Made by a program: the position numbers and the translations under genes. The notes under the pieces were generated by a model that saw nothing but the letters and a program-made list of their open reading frames with translations, did not search any database and had not been told where the DNA came from. A stretch of 64,000 nt of DNA from Mobula birostris (Eukaryota), in contig NC_092376.1 in the NCBI RefSeq assembly GCF_030028105.1, positions 169,475,613 to 169,539,612 on the forward strand, given 5' to 3'. Positions 35,599 through 46,750 of this stretch are shown one piece after another (position 1 is the first letter of the stretch; each line of letters opens with the position of its first letter).

Positions 35599-36215
35599 AA
35601 ACACAAGAAATCCTGCAGACGCTGGAAATCCAAAGCAACGTAAACAAAATGCTGGAGGAACTCACCAGATCAAACAGCATTCACGGAAATAAACAGTCAA
35701 TGTTTTGGGCCAAGACTCTTCTCCAGGACTGGAAAAGAAGGTGGAAGATGCTGATATAAAAAAGTGGGGGGAGGGGAAGAAGGATGGCTGGAAGGTGATA
35801 GATGAAGCCAGCTGGGTGGGAAAGGGAAAGGGAAAGGGCTGGAGATGAAGGAATCTGACAGGAGAAGAGAGTGGACCATAGGAGAAAAGGAAGGAGGAGG
35901 AGTACCAGTGGAATGTGATAAGCAGGTGAAAAGATGTAAGAAGTCAGATTGGGGAATTGAAGAAAAGGGGAAGGGAAAAATGTTGTACCACTCTTCTCTC
36001 CTATCAGATTCTTCCATCTCCAGTCCTTTACCTTTCCTACCCATTTGGCTTCACGTATCACCTTCTAGCTATTCTCTTTCCCCCTCCCTCCAATATTTTT
36101 TTTTCTGGCATCTTCCCCCATTTTCATTCCAGTCCTGAAGGAAGGTCTTGACTCGAAACACCAACTGTTCATTTCCATGAATGCTGCCTGACCTGCTGAT
36201 TTCACCCAACATTTT
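35599..36215. mobile_element. Inverted pair of Penelope-type terminal repeats with a purine-rich then pyrimidine-rich spacer
   Basis: Left arm aaaatgctggaggaactc...gttttgggccaagactcttctccaggact; right arm agtcctgaaggaaggtcttgactcgaaac...ctgctgatttcacccaacattttg. Confidence 0.7.
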
Positions 36216-36796
36216 GATATGAGTGAACCGTTCAGAATATAAACCAAAATTTTGTAATTGTATGTTTTTGGGATTTGAAATCTTTCCCTTGGAACTGTTC
36301 TGTACATGTTTTTCATGGGAATCTGTTCTGAGATAACATTATTCAAAGAAAATCCTCAATTTATGAAAAATTTCGTGGCAGTAAGAATTTTTTTTGAGTT
36401 TGAAAATGTTTTCACAATTGCTGAAGATGCTATGTAAAAATGCAACTCCATTATGCAAACTATTTTGAACATTAGTGGTGACTTTACAATTGACTCAACA
36501 AATATTTCAAAATTGCAACTTTTTATGACTTAATCTGAGCATGAAAAACACAAGCTGTCAGTGATAAGGGAGTGCAATACATTCTGGGACATTGTGCTAT
36601 TTACGTTGTCCACACTGGAGTGTCAAAAATGTAAAAATCACCTGCAGATTATTCCATTGACCCACCTTCAAAGTGGCTGTAATTGATCAGCTTGTGATGA
36701 GTAATTTGCAAGGCAAAAAACAAGGAAACAGCACAGCTGCCCAAGAATTATCAACTATTTGCACAGTACAGTGTTGTTACTACCTAAAAAGCCAGA

Positions 36797-36874
36797 GCAA
36801 TTTCTAGATTTCCATGGATACCAACCGAAAAGGGCAATTTCTAGATTTCCATGGATACCAACCGAAAAGGGCAA
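36797..36874. repeat. 37-bp perfect tandem duplication
   Basis: gcaatttctagatttccatggataccaaccgaaaagg occurs at 36797 and 36834. Confidence 0.9.
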
Positions 36875-37439
36875 CTGGCAGAAGGTGAAAGGCAACCAGA
36901 TGAATATTCAAGTGTCAGTCCCTGAAATAAAAATAATCACATATTGCCACTACTTAAATGTACATAAGGCAATTTCCATTTAATTTCTTGGAGAGAAGGC
37001 AATTTCTTTTTTGTTTAAGAGAAAGAGAAATTAAAGAGAAAATAAAACTTCTAAAATATTACTTCACTAAAAGAATGATGCATTTCTTTTTTACTTTACT
37101 GGGTAATAATTTTGAATGGTGTTTTTTCACATTTTTTGAAGCTGCAAAACATACTGTCGGTTACCATGTTTTTGATATTTATAAAATAGTGAAATTATAA
37201 AGGAAATTTAAAAGTAGAAAATGCTCAAAGGCTTGAATACAACAGAATGATTGCTGTAGAAGGACAGGAGAAAATTAAAGGGAAATGAGGAAGTACCAAG
37301 CATCAGAGTTGGTGATTGGTTCATTATTGACACCTGTACCAAGGTGCAGAAAAACATTTTGTTTGCATGCTGTTTAATCAATCAGATTATTCCAGATGTA
37401 GGGAGTATATGTTAAAATAATAAAAAAGATCAGAATGCA

Positions 37440-39770
37440 GAGGCTGATGTGAATTCAAGATTTCTCATCAATATTAGAGGTGTGTTTGCTTGTTTGGATG
37501 AGAATTTACCAAATGCAATATGGTAAAAGCATTATTAGATGTGAACAGTATTTGTTTCTTTAAGGCTCCTACCCCTTTAGGAGTCATAGGACTGAGTGCT
37601 CTCGGGGTTGCAACAAAATGTATGTAAAATTTTGAAGGAATAAACGTATTCGTGTTCCTTGTGTCTCCATGTGTATCAAATTTGTGCAAAGGTTTGCTGG
37701 AGCTGTATGAAGGGTGGAGGTTGTTAAACTAGAGTGCAGGAAAGAGGGAACCCGAATGCCAGACCAGATAGTGGAGTGGTTGAGTGGCTGTGGAGAAAGA
37801 TGATGTTAAGCCCACATACAAGGCTAGCTCAGAAAGTTGACTTATGTTCTGAGCTGTCAATGTAAGGAATATTGTAGTTAAGGCAGATGAGCTTAGGGTA
37901 TGGATCAAAATGTGGAATTATGACATTGACGCCATTAGTGAGGCTTGGTTGTAGGAGGGGGAGGACTGGCAGCTCAATGTTCGGGGGTGCCGCTATTTTA
38001 GATGTGATAAGAGTTGAAGAGATTAAAGGGGGATGGATGGCATTAATAGTTGGGGAATATGTCATGGCAGTGGTCAGTCAGGATAGACTAGAGAGCACAT
38101 CTAGTGAGGCTTTATGGGTAGAACTGAGGAATAAAAAGGGGATGACCATGTTAATGGGATTATATCATAGACCACCCACAGTCCATTGGATTTAGAGGAA
38201 CAAATTTGCAGAGAGATCGCAGACTGTTGCAAGAAACACAATGCTGTGACTGTAGGTGACTTTATTTTTCTACATATTGACTGGGACTCCAACACTAATG
38301 GATGGGAAAAAGTTTGACGTGTTCAAGAAAGTTTCCTTAATCAGTATAGCAGTCCCAACTAAAGTTTTAAACTAAACTAGATCTCCTATTAGGGAATGAG
38401 ACAGGGCAGGTGACAGACATTTGTGTAGAGGAAAACTTTGCATCTAGTAATCATAATGCCATTAGTTTCAAGTTAATTCTGGGAAAGGTGGGTCTGGTCC
38501 TTGGATTGAGATTGTAAATTAGCGAAAGGCCAGTTTTGATGGTATCAGAAAGGATCTGCCAAGGGTGTCCATGATAAACAGAAGGCTTCAAAATTGAAAT
38601 TTTGAGAGTCAGAGATTGTATGTTCCTGTTTGAATAAAAGGCAAGGATAACAGTTTTATGGAAAATTGGTTTTCAAGAGCTGTTGTGGGCTTGGTTATGA
38701 AAAAGAGGAAGTAAATAACAGTTATAGCAGGTAGAAACAAATGAGGTACTTCAGGAGTATAATAAAAGCAAGAGAACACTTAAGAAGGAAATCAGGAAGG
38801 CTAAAATAAGGCATTAGGTTGTTCTAGCAGACAGATGTATTCAGAACAAATGGAGAGCAAGGGACAAAATTGGTCCTCTGGAAGATCAGATGAGTAGGTG
38901 ATTGCTGGTAAACTAGATCAGCAAATTCGCTGATGATACCAAGATTAGGGATATGGTGGACAGTGAGGATGACTATCAAAACTTGCAGTGGGATCCGGAC
39001 CAGCCAAAAAAACTGTGCTGAGAAATGGTCAATGGAAATTAATGCAGACAAGTATTAAGTGTTGCACTTTGGGAGGTGTTGCACCTAGTGAGTGGTAGGG
39101 CACTGAGGAGTGTGGTAGAACAGAAGGATCTGGGAATAGAGATCTATAATTTCTTGAAAGTGGCGCCACAGGTAGATAGGGTCTTCAAGAATCAATGAGC
39201 TGAGTACAGGATCCTGTACTGAAATTGCATAAAACATTAGTGAGACATAATCTAAAGAGTTGTGTGCAGTTTTGGTCACCTGCTTACAGGAAAGATGTAA
39301 ATAAGATTGAAAGTGTGCAGAGAAAATTTACAAGGCTGTTGTTGGTACTCGAGGACCTGAATTGCAGGGAAAGGTTGAATAGGTCAGGGCTTTATTCTCT
39401 AGAACTTAGAAGAATTAGTGGAGATTAGATAGCTGTATAGAAAATTCTGAGGAGTATAGATAGGGTAAATATGAGCAAGCTTATTCCACTGAGGTTGGAT
39501 GAGACTGTAACAAGAGGCCTGGCTTAAAGGTGAAACATTTAAGGGGAACATGAGGGGGAAACAACTTCACTCAAAAGGTGATGAAGATGCGGAATGTGCT
39601 TCACATGAAAATGATGGATGCAGGGTTGATTTCAGCATTAAAGAAAAATTTGGATAGGTAAGTGGATGGGACGGTTATCCAGAGCTATGGTCCAGGTGCA
39701 GTTCAATGTCATTAGGCAGACTATATGGGTTAAACGACCTCTTTGTGCTCTATGACTTGATAACTTTATA
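37440..39770 (+). mobile_element. Decayed CR1 LINE (endonuclease through 3' end, internally deleted)
   Basis: ORFs 37887..38195 (SEALWVELRNKKG...GLYHRPP) and 39225..39428 (CVQFWSPAYRKDVNKIESVQRKFTR). Confidence 0.82.
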
Positions 39771-40343
39771 ATCTGCAATGGCCTGGCAAAGAATGATTAC
39801 AAACACGTGACAAAGCAGCAATAAAATACCTGGTTATCTTTTGACCATTTGGCCATGTTGACAGTAAGTCAGTGAAGATCACAATAAATCACGTCTAAAC
39901 AATAGACTTAAGAGTGAAAAAAAGAGGGAGAGAAAAGGCACTGTGTGCAAAATTAATTGCAGTTAGAAACAAATCTGGTGATTATCACAGTGTAAATAAT
40001 ATCGCATAGCAGGTCAGTCCCAAATTGGAGGAACACCTAGTGGTTTTGACATAGCCCTTGCATATTAAATAGAGTTATTGACATAGATGAGCATGCTCAA
40101 AACCAGGCCACCTGTGGATATGTGAAGGAGACATGTGCAGTTTAGTAAATTTACCTGCCTGTTATCAGTCAATTAATGCCCACTTCAATAAACCAATAGA
40201 GACAATCCTTTCAACCTTGCAGAAAAGTTCAAGTTTGGAAGGCATAACCAGAGTCAGGAGAAAATGTTTGGAATCGAGGATCTTGAAAGAGGGAGAAATG
40301 GAAAGAAGTACGAATTAGGGAAATTCATGAGAAGCCAATATAC

Positions 40344-40720
40344 ACTCAGTGGCCACTTTATTAGGTACACCTGTACACCTACTTGTTAATGCAAATATCT
40401 AATCAGCCAATCACCTGGTAGCGACTCAATGCATAAAAGCATACTGACATATTTAAGAGGTTCAGTTGTTCAGACCAAACATCTGAAAGGAGAAGAAATG
40501 TGATCTAAGTACTTTGACCCTGGAATTATTATTGGTGCCAGACAAGATGTTTTGAGTATCTCAGAATCTGCTGATTTCCTGGAGTTTTCACGGGTAACAG
40601 TCTATAGAGTTTATAGTTAATGATACAATAAACAAAAATATCCAGCAGAAGATCACTAAGATATATTCAATGACTGATTTGTTAGGTACATCCGTACACA
40701 ATCAAGTGGCCACTGGGTGT
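40344..40720. mobile_element. Non-autonomous Tc1-derived element (internally deleted)
   Basis: TAcactcagtggccactttattagg...aagtggccactgggtgtgTA. Confidence 0.75.
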
Positions 40721-40869
40721 GTACCTAGGTTCTGATAACCTACACTTCACAGTACTTCAGGAAGTGACTAGACACAGTGGATGAATTGACCATCATTTTC
40801 CAACATTTTTTTTGATTCTCCATCAGTTGCTATGGAGTATATCAATCATAGCTGATATTATTTTTAGCT

Positions 40870-41990
40870 CCATTGTCCTGCATTCTCCCTGTATGTAACT
40901 GTTAACACTTTATCAATGAAGAACCTATCAATTTTTACCATAGATACACCCAGTGACTGGACTGCACAGCCCTTTGTGATAATGAATTCCATAGATTCAC
41001 CATTCACTGGCTGAAGAAATTCCTTTTAAAGGGAAGTTTCTTTTAACTGAGGCTGTGCCCTAAAATCCCAGATTCTCTATCAATAGAAACATCCTCCCTG
41101 CATCCACTTTTTCTAGGCCATTCAGTATCTGGTAGGTTTCATGGAGATACCCTCATCCTTCTGAACTCTGTCGAGCGTAGCCCCAGAAATATCAAAAGCC
41201 TTCATATGTTAATTCTTGTGAACCTCCTCTGGACTCTGTCCAAGGCCAGTGCATCTTTTCTTAGATACAGGGCCCTGAATTGTTCAAATATTCCAAATGC
41301 AGCCTGGACAATACCTTGTAAAGCCCAAGGAATACAGTACATCTTAGCTTTTATATTCTAGTCCTCTAGAAATGAAGGCTAACATTTCACTTGCCTTCTG
41401 TACTACTGACTGAATCAAGAAGCTAATTGTAAAGAAATCCTAACCTAGGTCTAGCAACACACACAAAAAGCTGGTGAATGCAGCAGGCCAGGCAGCATCT
41501 ATAGGAAGAGGTACAGGCAACATTTTGGGCCGAGATCCTTCATCGTGTTTGCTAACCTAGGTCCTTTCTGGATTTTCTTCCTACTTAGATAATAGTCTAC
41601 ACCTTGATTCTACCTACCAAAAAGCATAAGCTTATATTTCCATAAGTGGTATTCTGTCCACCACTTCTTTACCCACTTTTCTAACTTATTAAAATAATTC
41701 TGCAGATTCCCTGACACTGTGACACTATGTTTTCTGCTTATTTTGCTATCTTCTGGAAATTTGACATCAGTTCCTTCATCGATTTCTTTAATGTTGAAAG
41801 GGAAATGATGCAATCCCAACATGAACCTTTGGAACACCATTTGTCACTGGCAACCATCCTGAAGAGGACCACTTTATCACCAGTCAATCTTCTCTCCATT
41901 CTGGTACCTTGCCTCTCATGCCATGGGCTACTACGTTGTTTAGCAGCCCTCTGAGCAGCACCTTGTCAAAGGCTTTCTGAAAATCCAAAT
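40870..41990 (-). mobile_element. Decayed CR1 3' fragment
   Basis: ORF 41610..41840 (KFPEDSKI...LEKWVKKW). Confidence 0.65.
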
Positions 41991-42357
41991 GAATAATATC
42001 CACTGACCCTCCTTTATCTAACCTGCTTGCAAATCCTCAAAGAATTTGAATAAATTTGTCAAATAATTACAATATTAACATAGAAAGTTGGGCATTGCAG
42101 GATGATTATGTTTGACAAATTTATGTAAACTCCAGAAGGCTTACTTATGACAAGGTCTTACATGATAGATTAGTGTTTGAAATTAATGTGTATGGGATTA
42201 GGGTTAATGTACTGTCATACAAAGAAAGCTGATTGGCAGCCAGGAAGAAAAACGATGGAATGAGTGGTTTTACCACTTTTTCCAAGTGGGAAATAGTGAC
42301 CAGTGAAATATCACAGGGTTCATCTCTTGTACACACAACTGTTCACTATATTAGTAA

Positions 42358-42598
42358 CACACACAAATTGCTGGAAGAACTCAGCAGGTCAGGCAGTATC
42401 TATGTAAAAGAGTAAGCAGTTGACGTTTTGGGCTGAGACCCTTTGTCCAGACCTTCACCAGTGCAGATGAAAGATCTCAGCCTGTAATGTCAACTGTTCA
42501 CTCATATCCACACATGCTGCCTGGTCTGCTGAGTTCCTCCAGCATTTTGTCAGCATTACTTTGATTTCAAGCACCTGCAGATCTTCTCTTGTTTGTGT
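42358..42598. mobile_element. Palindromic Penelope-type terminal-repeat element
   Basis: The two arms are reverse complements (gctggaagaactcagcagg... / ...ctgctgagttcctccagc). Single arms also occur at ~22980, ~41455, ~48058 and ~57150. Confidence 0.65.
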
Positions 42599-42629
42599 CC
42601 ACTAAGTTGGTAACTTAGATGAAAGAAGT

Positions 42630-44010
42630 AAGACCATAAGACCAGAAGATATAGGAGCAGAATTAGGCCATTAGGCCCATCGAGTCTACTCTGCCATGCA
42701 ATCTTGGTTGATCATTTTTCCCTCTCCTAAGCCCCATTCCTGGGCCTTCTCCTTGTAACATATGATGCCACGTCCAATCAATAACCTTCCAAACTCTATC
42801 ATAAATACACCCAACAAGATGGCATCCATAGCTGCCTGTGGTGATAAATTCCAGAAATTCACCATCCTCTAGCTAAAGAAATTTCTCTGCATCTCTGTTT
42901 TAAATGGATATCCTTCTATCCTGAGGTTATGCCCTCTTGTCCTAGACTCCCCCACCATGGAAAATATGCTTTCTACGTCTACTCTTTCAAGGGCTTTCAA
43001 CATTCAAAAGGTTTTCAATGAGATGCCCCCTCATCCTTCTAAATTCCAGCGAATACAGACCCAGAGCCATCAAGAGTTTCTCATCTGCTAACCCTTTAAT
43101 TCCCGGAATCATCCTCGTGATCCTCCTCTGAACCTCCTCCAATGCCAGCACACATTTTCTTCGATGAGGAGCCAAAACTGTTCATAATATTCAAGGTGAG
43201 GCCTCACCAGTGCCTTATTAAGCCTCAGCATCACATCCCTGCTCTTCTATTCTAGACCATTTGAAATGAATGACAACATTACATTTGCCTTCCTCACCAT
43301 CAACCCTAACTGCAAGTTATCCTTTGGGGTGTTCTGCACAAGGACTCCCAAGTCCCTTTGCATCTCAGATTTTTGGATTTTCTCACCATTCAGAAAATAA
43401 TTTGCACATTTATTTCTATTACCAAAGTGCATGACCATGCATTTCCAAGATTGTATTTCATTTGCCACTTTCTTGCCTATTCTCCTGATCTGTCTAAGTC
43501 CTTCTGCAGCCAGCCAGTTTCATCAATTGTACCTGCCCCTCCACCAATCATTGTATCATCTGCATACTTGGCAACAAAGCCATCTATTCCATCATCTAAG
43601 TCATTGATATACAGAATCAAAATAAGCGGTCCCAACACCGACCCCTGCGGAACACCACTAGCCACCAGCAGCCAAACAGAAAAAGATCCTTTTATTCCCA
43701 CTCACTGCCTCCTACCAATCAACCAATGCTCTAACCATGCCAGTAACTTTCCTGTAATACCATGGGCTCTTAACTTGATAAGCGGCCTCATGTGTGGCAG
43801 TTTGTCAAAAGCCTGAAAATCCAAACATACATCTACTGCATCCCCTTTAACTATTCTACTTGAAATTTCTTCAAAGAATTCCAACAGGTTTGCCAGGCAA
43901 GATTTTCCCTTAAGAAAACCATGCTGACTTTGTCCTATCTTGTCCTTGATCACTAAGTACTCTGTAACCTCATTCTTAACAATTGACTCCAAATAATAGA
44001 ATACTGTCTC
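42630..44010 (-). mobile_element. CR1 RT/3' fragment
   Basis: ORFs 43702..44028 (QHGFLKGKSCLANLLEFFEE) and 43477..43701 (SGVPQGSVLGP...KYADD). Confidence 0.88.
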
Positions 44011-44404
44011 TAGCTCACATGATCTCAAAGGGCAAAAAAAGCAGTTCAGGCAGGAAAGTTTGCTCCCATTGCTCTATGAATTGCTCAGGTTAGTGGGCTT
44101 CCACAAAACGCTGCTGTACAAATCCAGCAGCATCTTGAAAAGCCTATTCCATCTGCGTTTGACCTGCCTCCCTCTCTTCTCACCGTTACCTTTGTGTGGG
44201 AGGTACAGGAGTAATGGTTCCCATGCTGCCAGGTCTGGAACAGTTCATGCCCTGAAGCCACGAGTTTCTGAACCGGCTTCACCCTCCTCAGTGCTGAACA
44301 AACAAGTTTATTGTCATTTAACTATACACATGTATACCGTTAAACAAGACAACGTTTCTCTGAACAAGGATGCAAGACGCAGTAGTACACATAACGCACC
44401 CATT

Positions 44405-46027
44405 CAGTGCCTATAAAAAGTATTCATCCCCCCATGTAATATTGTTTTACATTGGATTTAATTTGGTTTTTCAACACTAATCAACAGAAAAAGACTCTTC
44501 TGTTCTCATTTTGACATTCTGTTCTCATTTTTAGATCTCTACAAAGTGATCTAAATTAATTATAAATATAAAACAGAAAATAATTGATTGCGTAAGTATT
44601 CACCCCCTTCATGTCAGTATTTAGTAGATGTACCTTTGGCAGCAATTATACCCTTGAGTCTGTGTGGATAGGTCTCTATCAAGTTTGCACAAGTTTGCAC
44701 ATCTGGACACTCAGATTTTCCCCATTCTTTTTTACAAAATTGTTCAAGCTCTGTCAGATTGCATGGGAATCCCGACTGAACAGCCCTTTTCAAATTCAGC
44801 CACAAATTCTCAATTGGATTGAGGTCTGGTGTTTGAATTGGCCACTGTAGGACATTAACTTTGTTGTCTTTTTTAAGCCATTCCTGTGTAGCTTTGGCTT
44901 TAAACTTGGGACATTGTCTTGCTAAAAAACAAATCTTATCCCAAGTTGCAATTCTCTTTTAGACTGCATCAGGTTTTCCTCCAGAATTTCCTTATATTTT
45001 GCTGCATTCATTTTACCCTCTACTTTCACAAGCCTCCCAGGGCCTACTGCAGTGAAGCATCCCCACAGCATGATGCAGCCACCACTATGCTTCACAGTAA
45101 GGATGGTGTGTTTTTGATGAAGTACTGTGTTTGGCTTATGCCAAAAATGGAGTTTACTCTGATGGCCAAGAAGCACAATTTTGGTTTATAAGCCCAAAGA
45201 ACCTTCTTCCAGCTGACTTCAGAGTCTCCCACAGGCCTTCTGGCAAACTCTAGCTGAGATTTCATGCCAGTTTTTTTCAACAATGGCTTTCTCTTTGCCA
45301 CTCTCCCATAAAGTGCCTGGGCAACAGTTGTTTTATGTGCATTCTCATCTGTCTCAGCCACTGAAGCTTGTAACACCTCCAGAGTTGTCATAGGTCTCTT
45401 GGTGGCCTCCCTCACTACTCCCCTGCTTGCATAGTCACTCAGGTTTTGAGGATGACCTGCTCTAAGTAGATTTGCAGCTGTGTCACATTCTTTCCATTTC
45501 TTGATGATTGACTTAACTGTACTCCAAGGGATATTCAGTGACTTGGAGATGTTCTTGTATCCATATCGACTTGTGCTTTTTAATAACCTTTTTGTGGAGT
45601 TGCTTGTAGTGTTCTTTTCTCTACATGATGTAGTTTTTGCAGGATACTGACTCACCAGCTGTTGGACCTTCCAGATCCAGGGGCATTTTTACTACCATCA
45701 ATTGAAACACCTTGACTGCACACAGGCCTCCAGAAACAGATCTCCAATTAACAAATTATGTGACTTCTAAAACCAATTTGCTGCACCAGTGATGATTTGG
45801 TGTGTCATATTAAAGGAGGGTGAATAATTATGCAATCAATTATTTTGTGTTTTATATTTGTAATTAATTTAGATCACTTTGTAGAGATCTGTTTTCATTT
45901 TAACATGAAAGAGTCTTTTATCCTGTTGATCAGTGTCAAAAAAGTCAGATTAAATCCATTGTGATTCAATGTGTAAAACGATAAAACATGAAAACTTCCA
46001 AGAGGGTTAAATATTTTTATAGACACA
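44405..46027 (-). mobile_element. Full-length Tc1-family DNA transposon, IR/DR type, with frameshifted transposase
   Basis: About 210-bp imperfect inverted termini, each with inner and outer direct repeats (aagtattcacccc-like). Minus ORFs 45092..45655 (HTH, YGYKNISK..., GRVAKRKPLL), 44922..45176 (VKHSGGCIMLWGCF) and 44614..44805 (C-terminus ...AKGTSTKY). Confidence 0.93.
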
Positions 46028-46094
46028 CAATATCTTAGCAGAGTAAGGATAAAACTTACAGATGAGTTACACATAAGTAAACAAAGTAAATAGT

Positions 46095-46750
46095 CATAGT
46101 CATACTTTATTAATCCCAGGAGAAATTGATTTTCATTACAGTTGCTCCATAAATAGTAATAGAACCATAAATAGGTAAACAGTAATATGTAAATTATGCC
46201 AGTACATTATAAAATAAGTCCAGGACCAGCCTATTGGATCAGGGTGTCTGACCCCCCAAGGGAGGAGTTGTAAAGTTTGATGGCCACTGGCGGGAATGAC
46301 TTCCTATGACGCTCAGTGCTGCATCTCGGTGGAATGAGTCTCTGGCTGAACGTACTCCTGTGCCCACCCAGTACATTATGTAGTGGATGGGAAACATTGA
46401 CCAAGATGGCATGCAACTTAGACAGCATCCTCTTTTCAGACACCACCGTGAGAGAGTCCAGTTCCATCCCCACCACATCACTGGCCTTACGAATGAGTTT
46501 GTTGATTCTTCTGCCACCCTCAGCCTGCTGCCCCAGCACACAACAGCAAACATGATAGCACTGGCCACCACAGACTCGTAGAACATCCTCCGGCAGATGT
46601 TAAAGGACCTCAGTCTCCTCAGGAAATAGAGACGGCTCTGACCCTTCTTGTAGACAGCCTCAGTGTTCTTTGACCAGTCCAGTTTATTGTCAATTCGTAA
46701 CCCCAGGTATTTGTAATTCTCCACCATGTCCACACTGACCTCCTGGATGG
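46095..46750 (-). mobile_element. Rex1/Babar-like LINE 3' fragment with (gactat)n tail
   Basis: ORF 46239..46733 (YKYLGLRIDNKLDW...RLYFLRRLRSFN). Its 3' end closely matches the + strand copies at 22130-22360 and 25958-26030. Confidence 0.78.
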
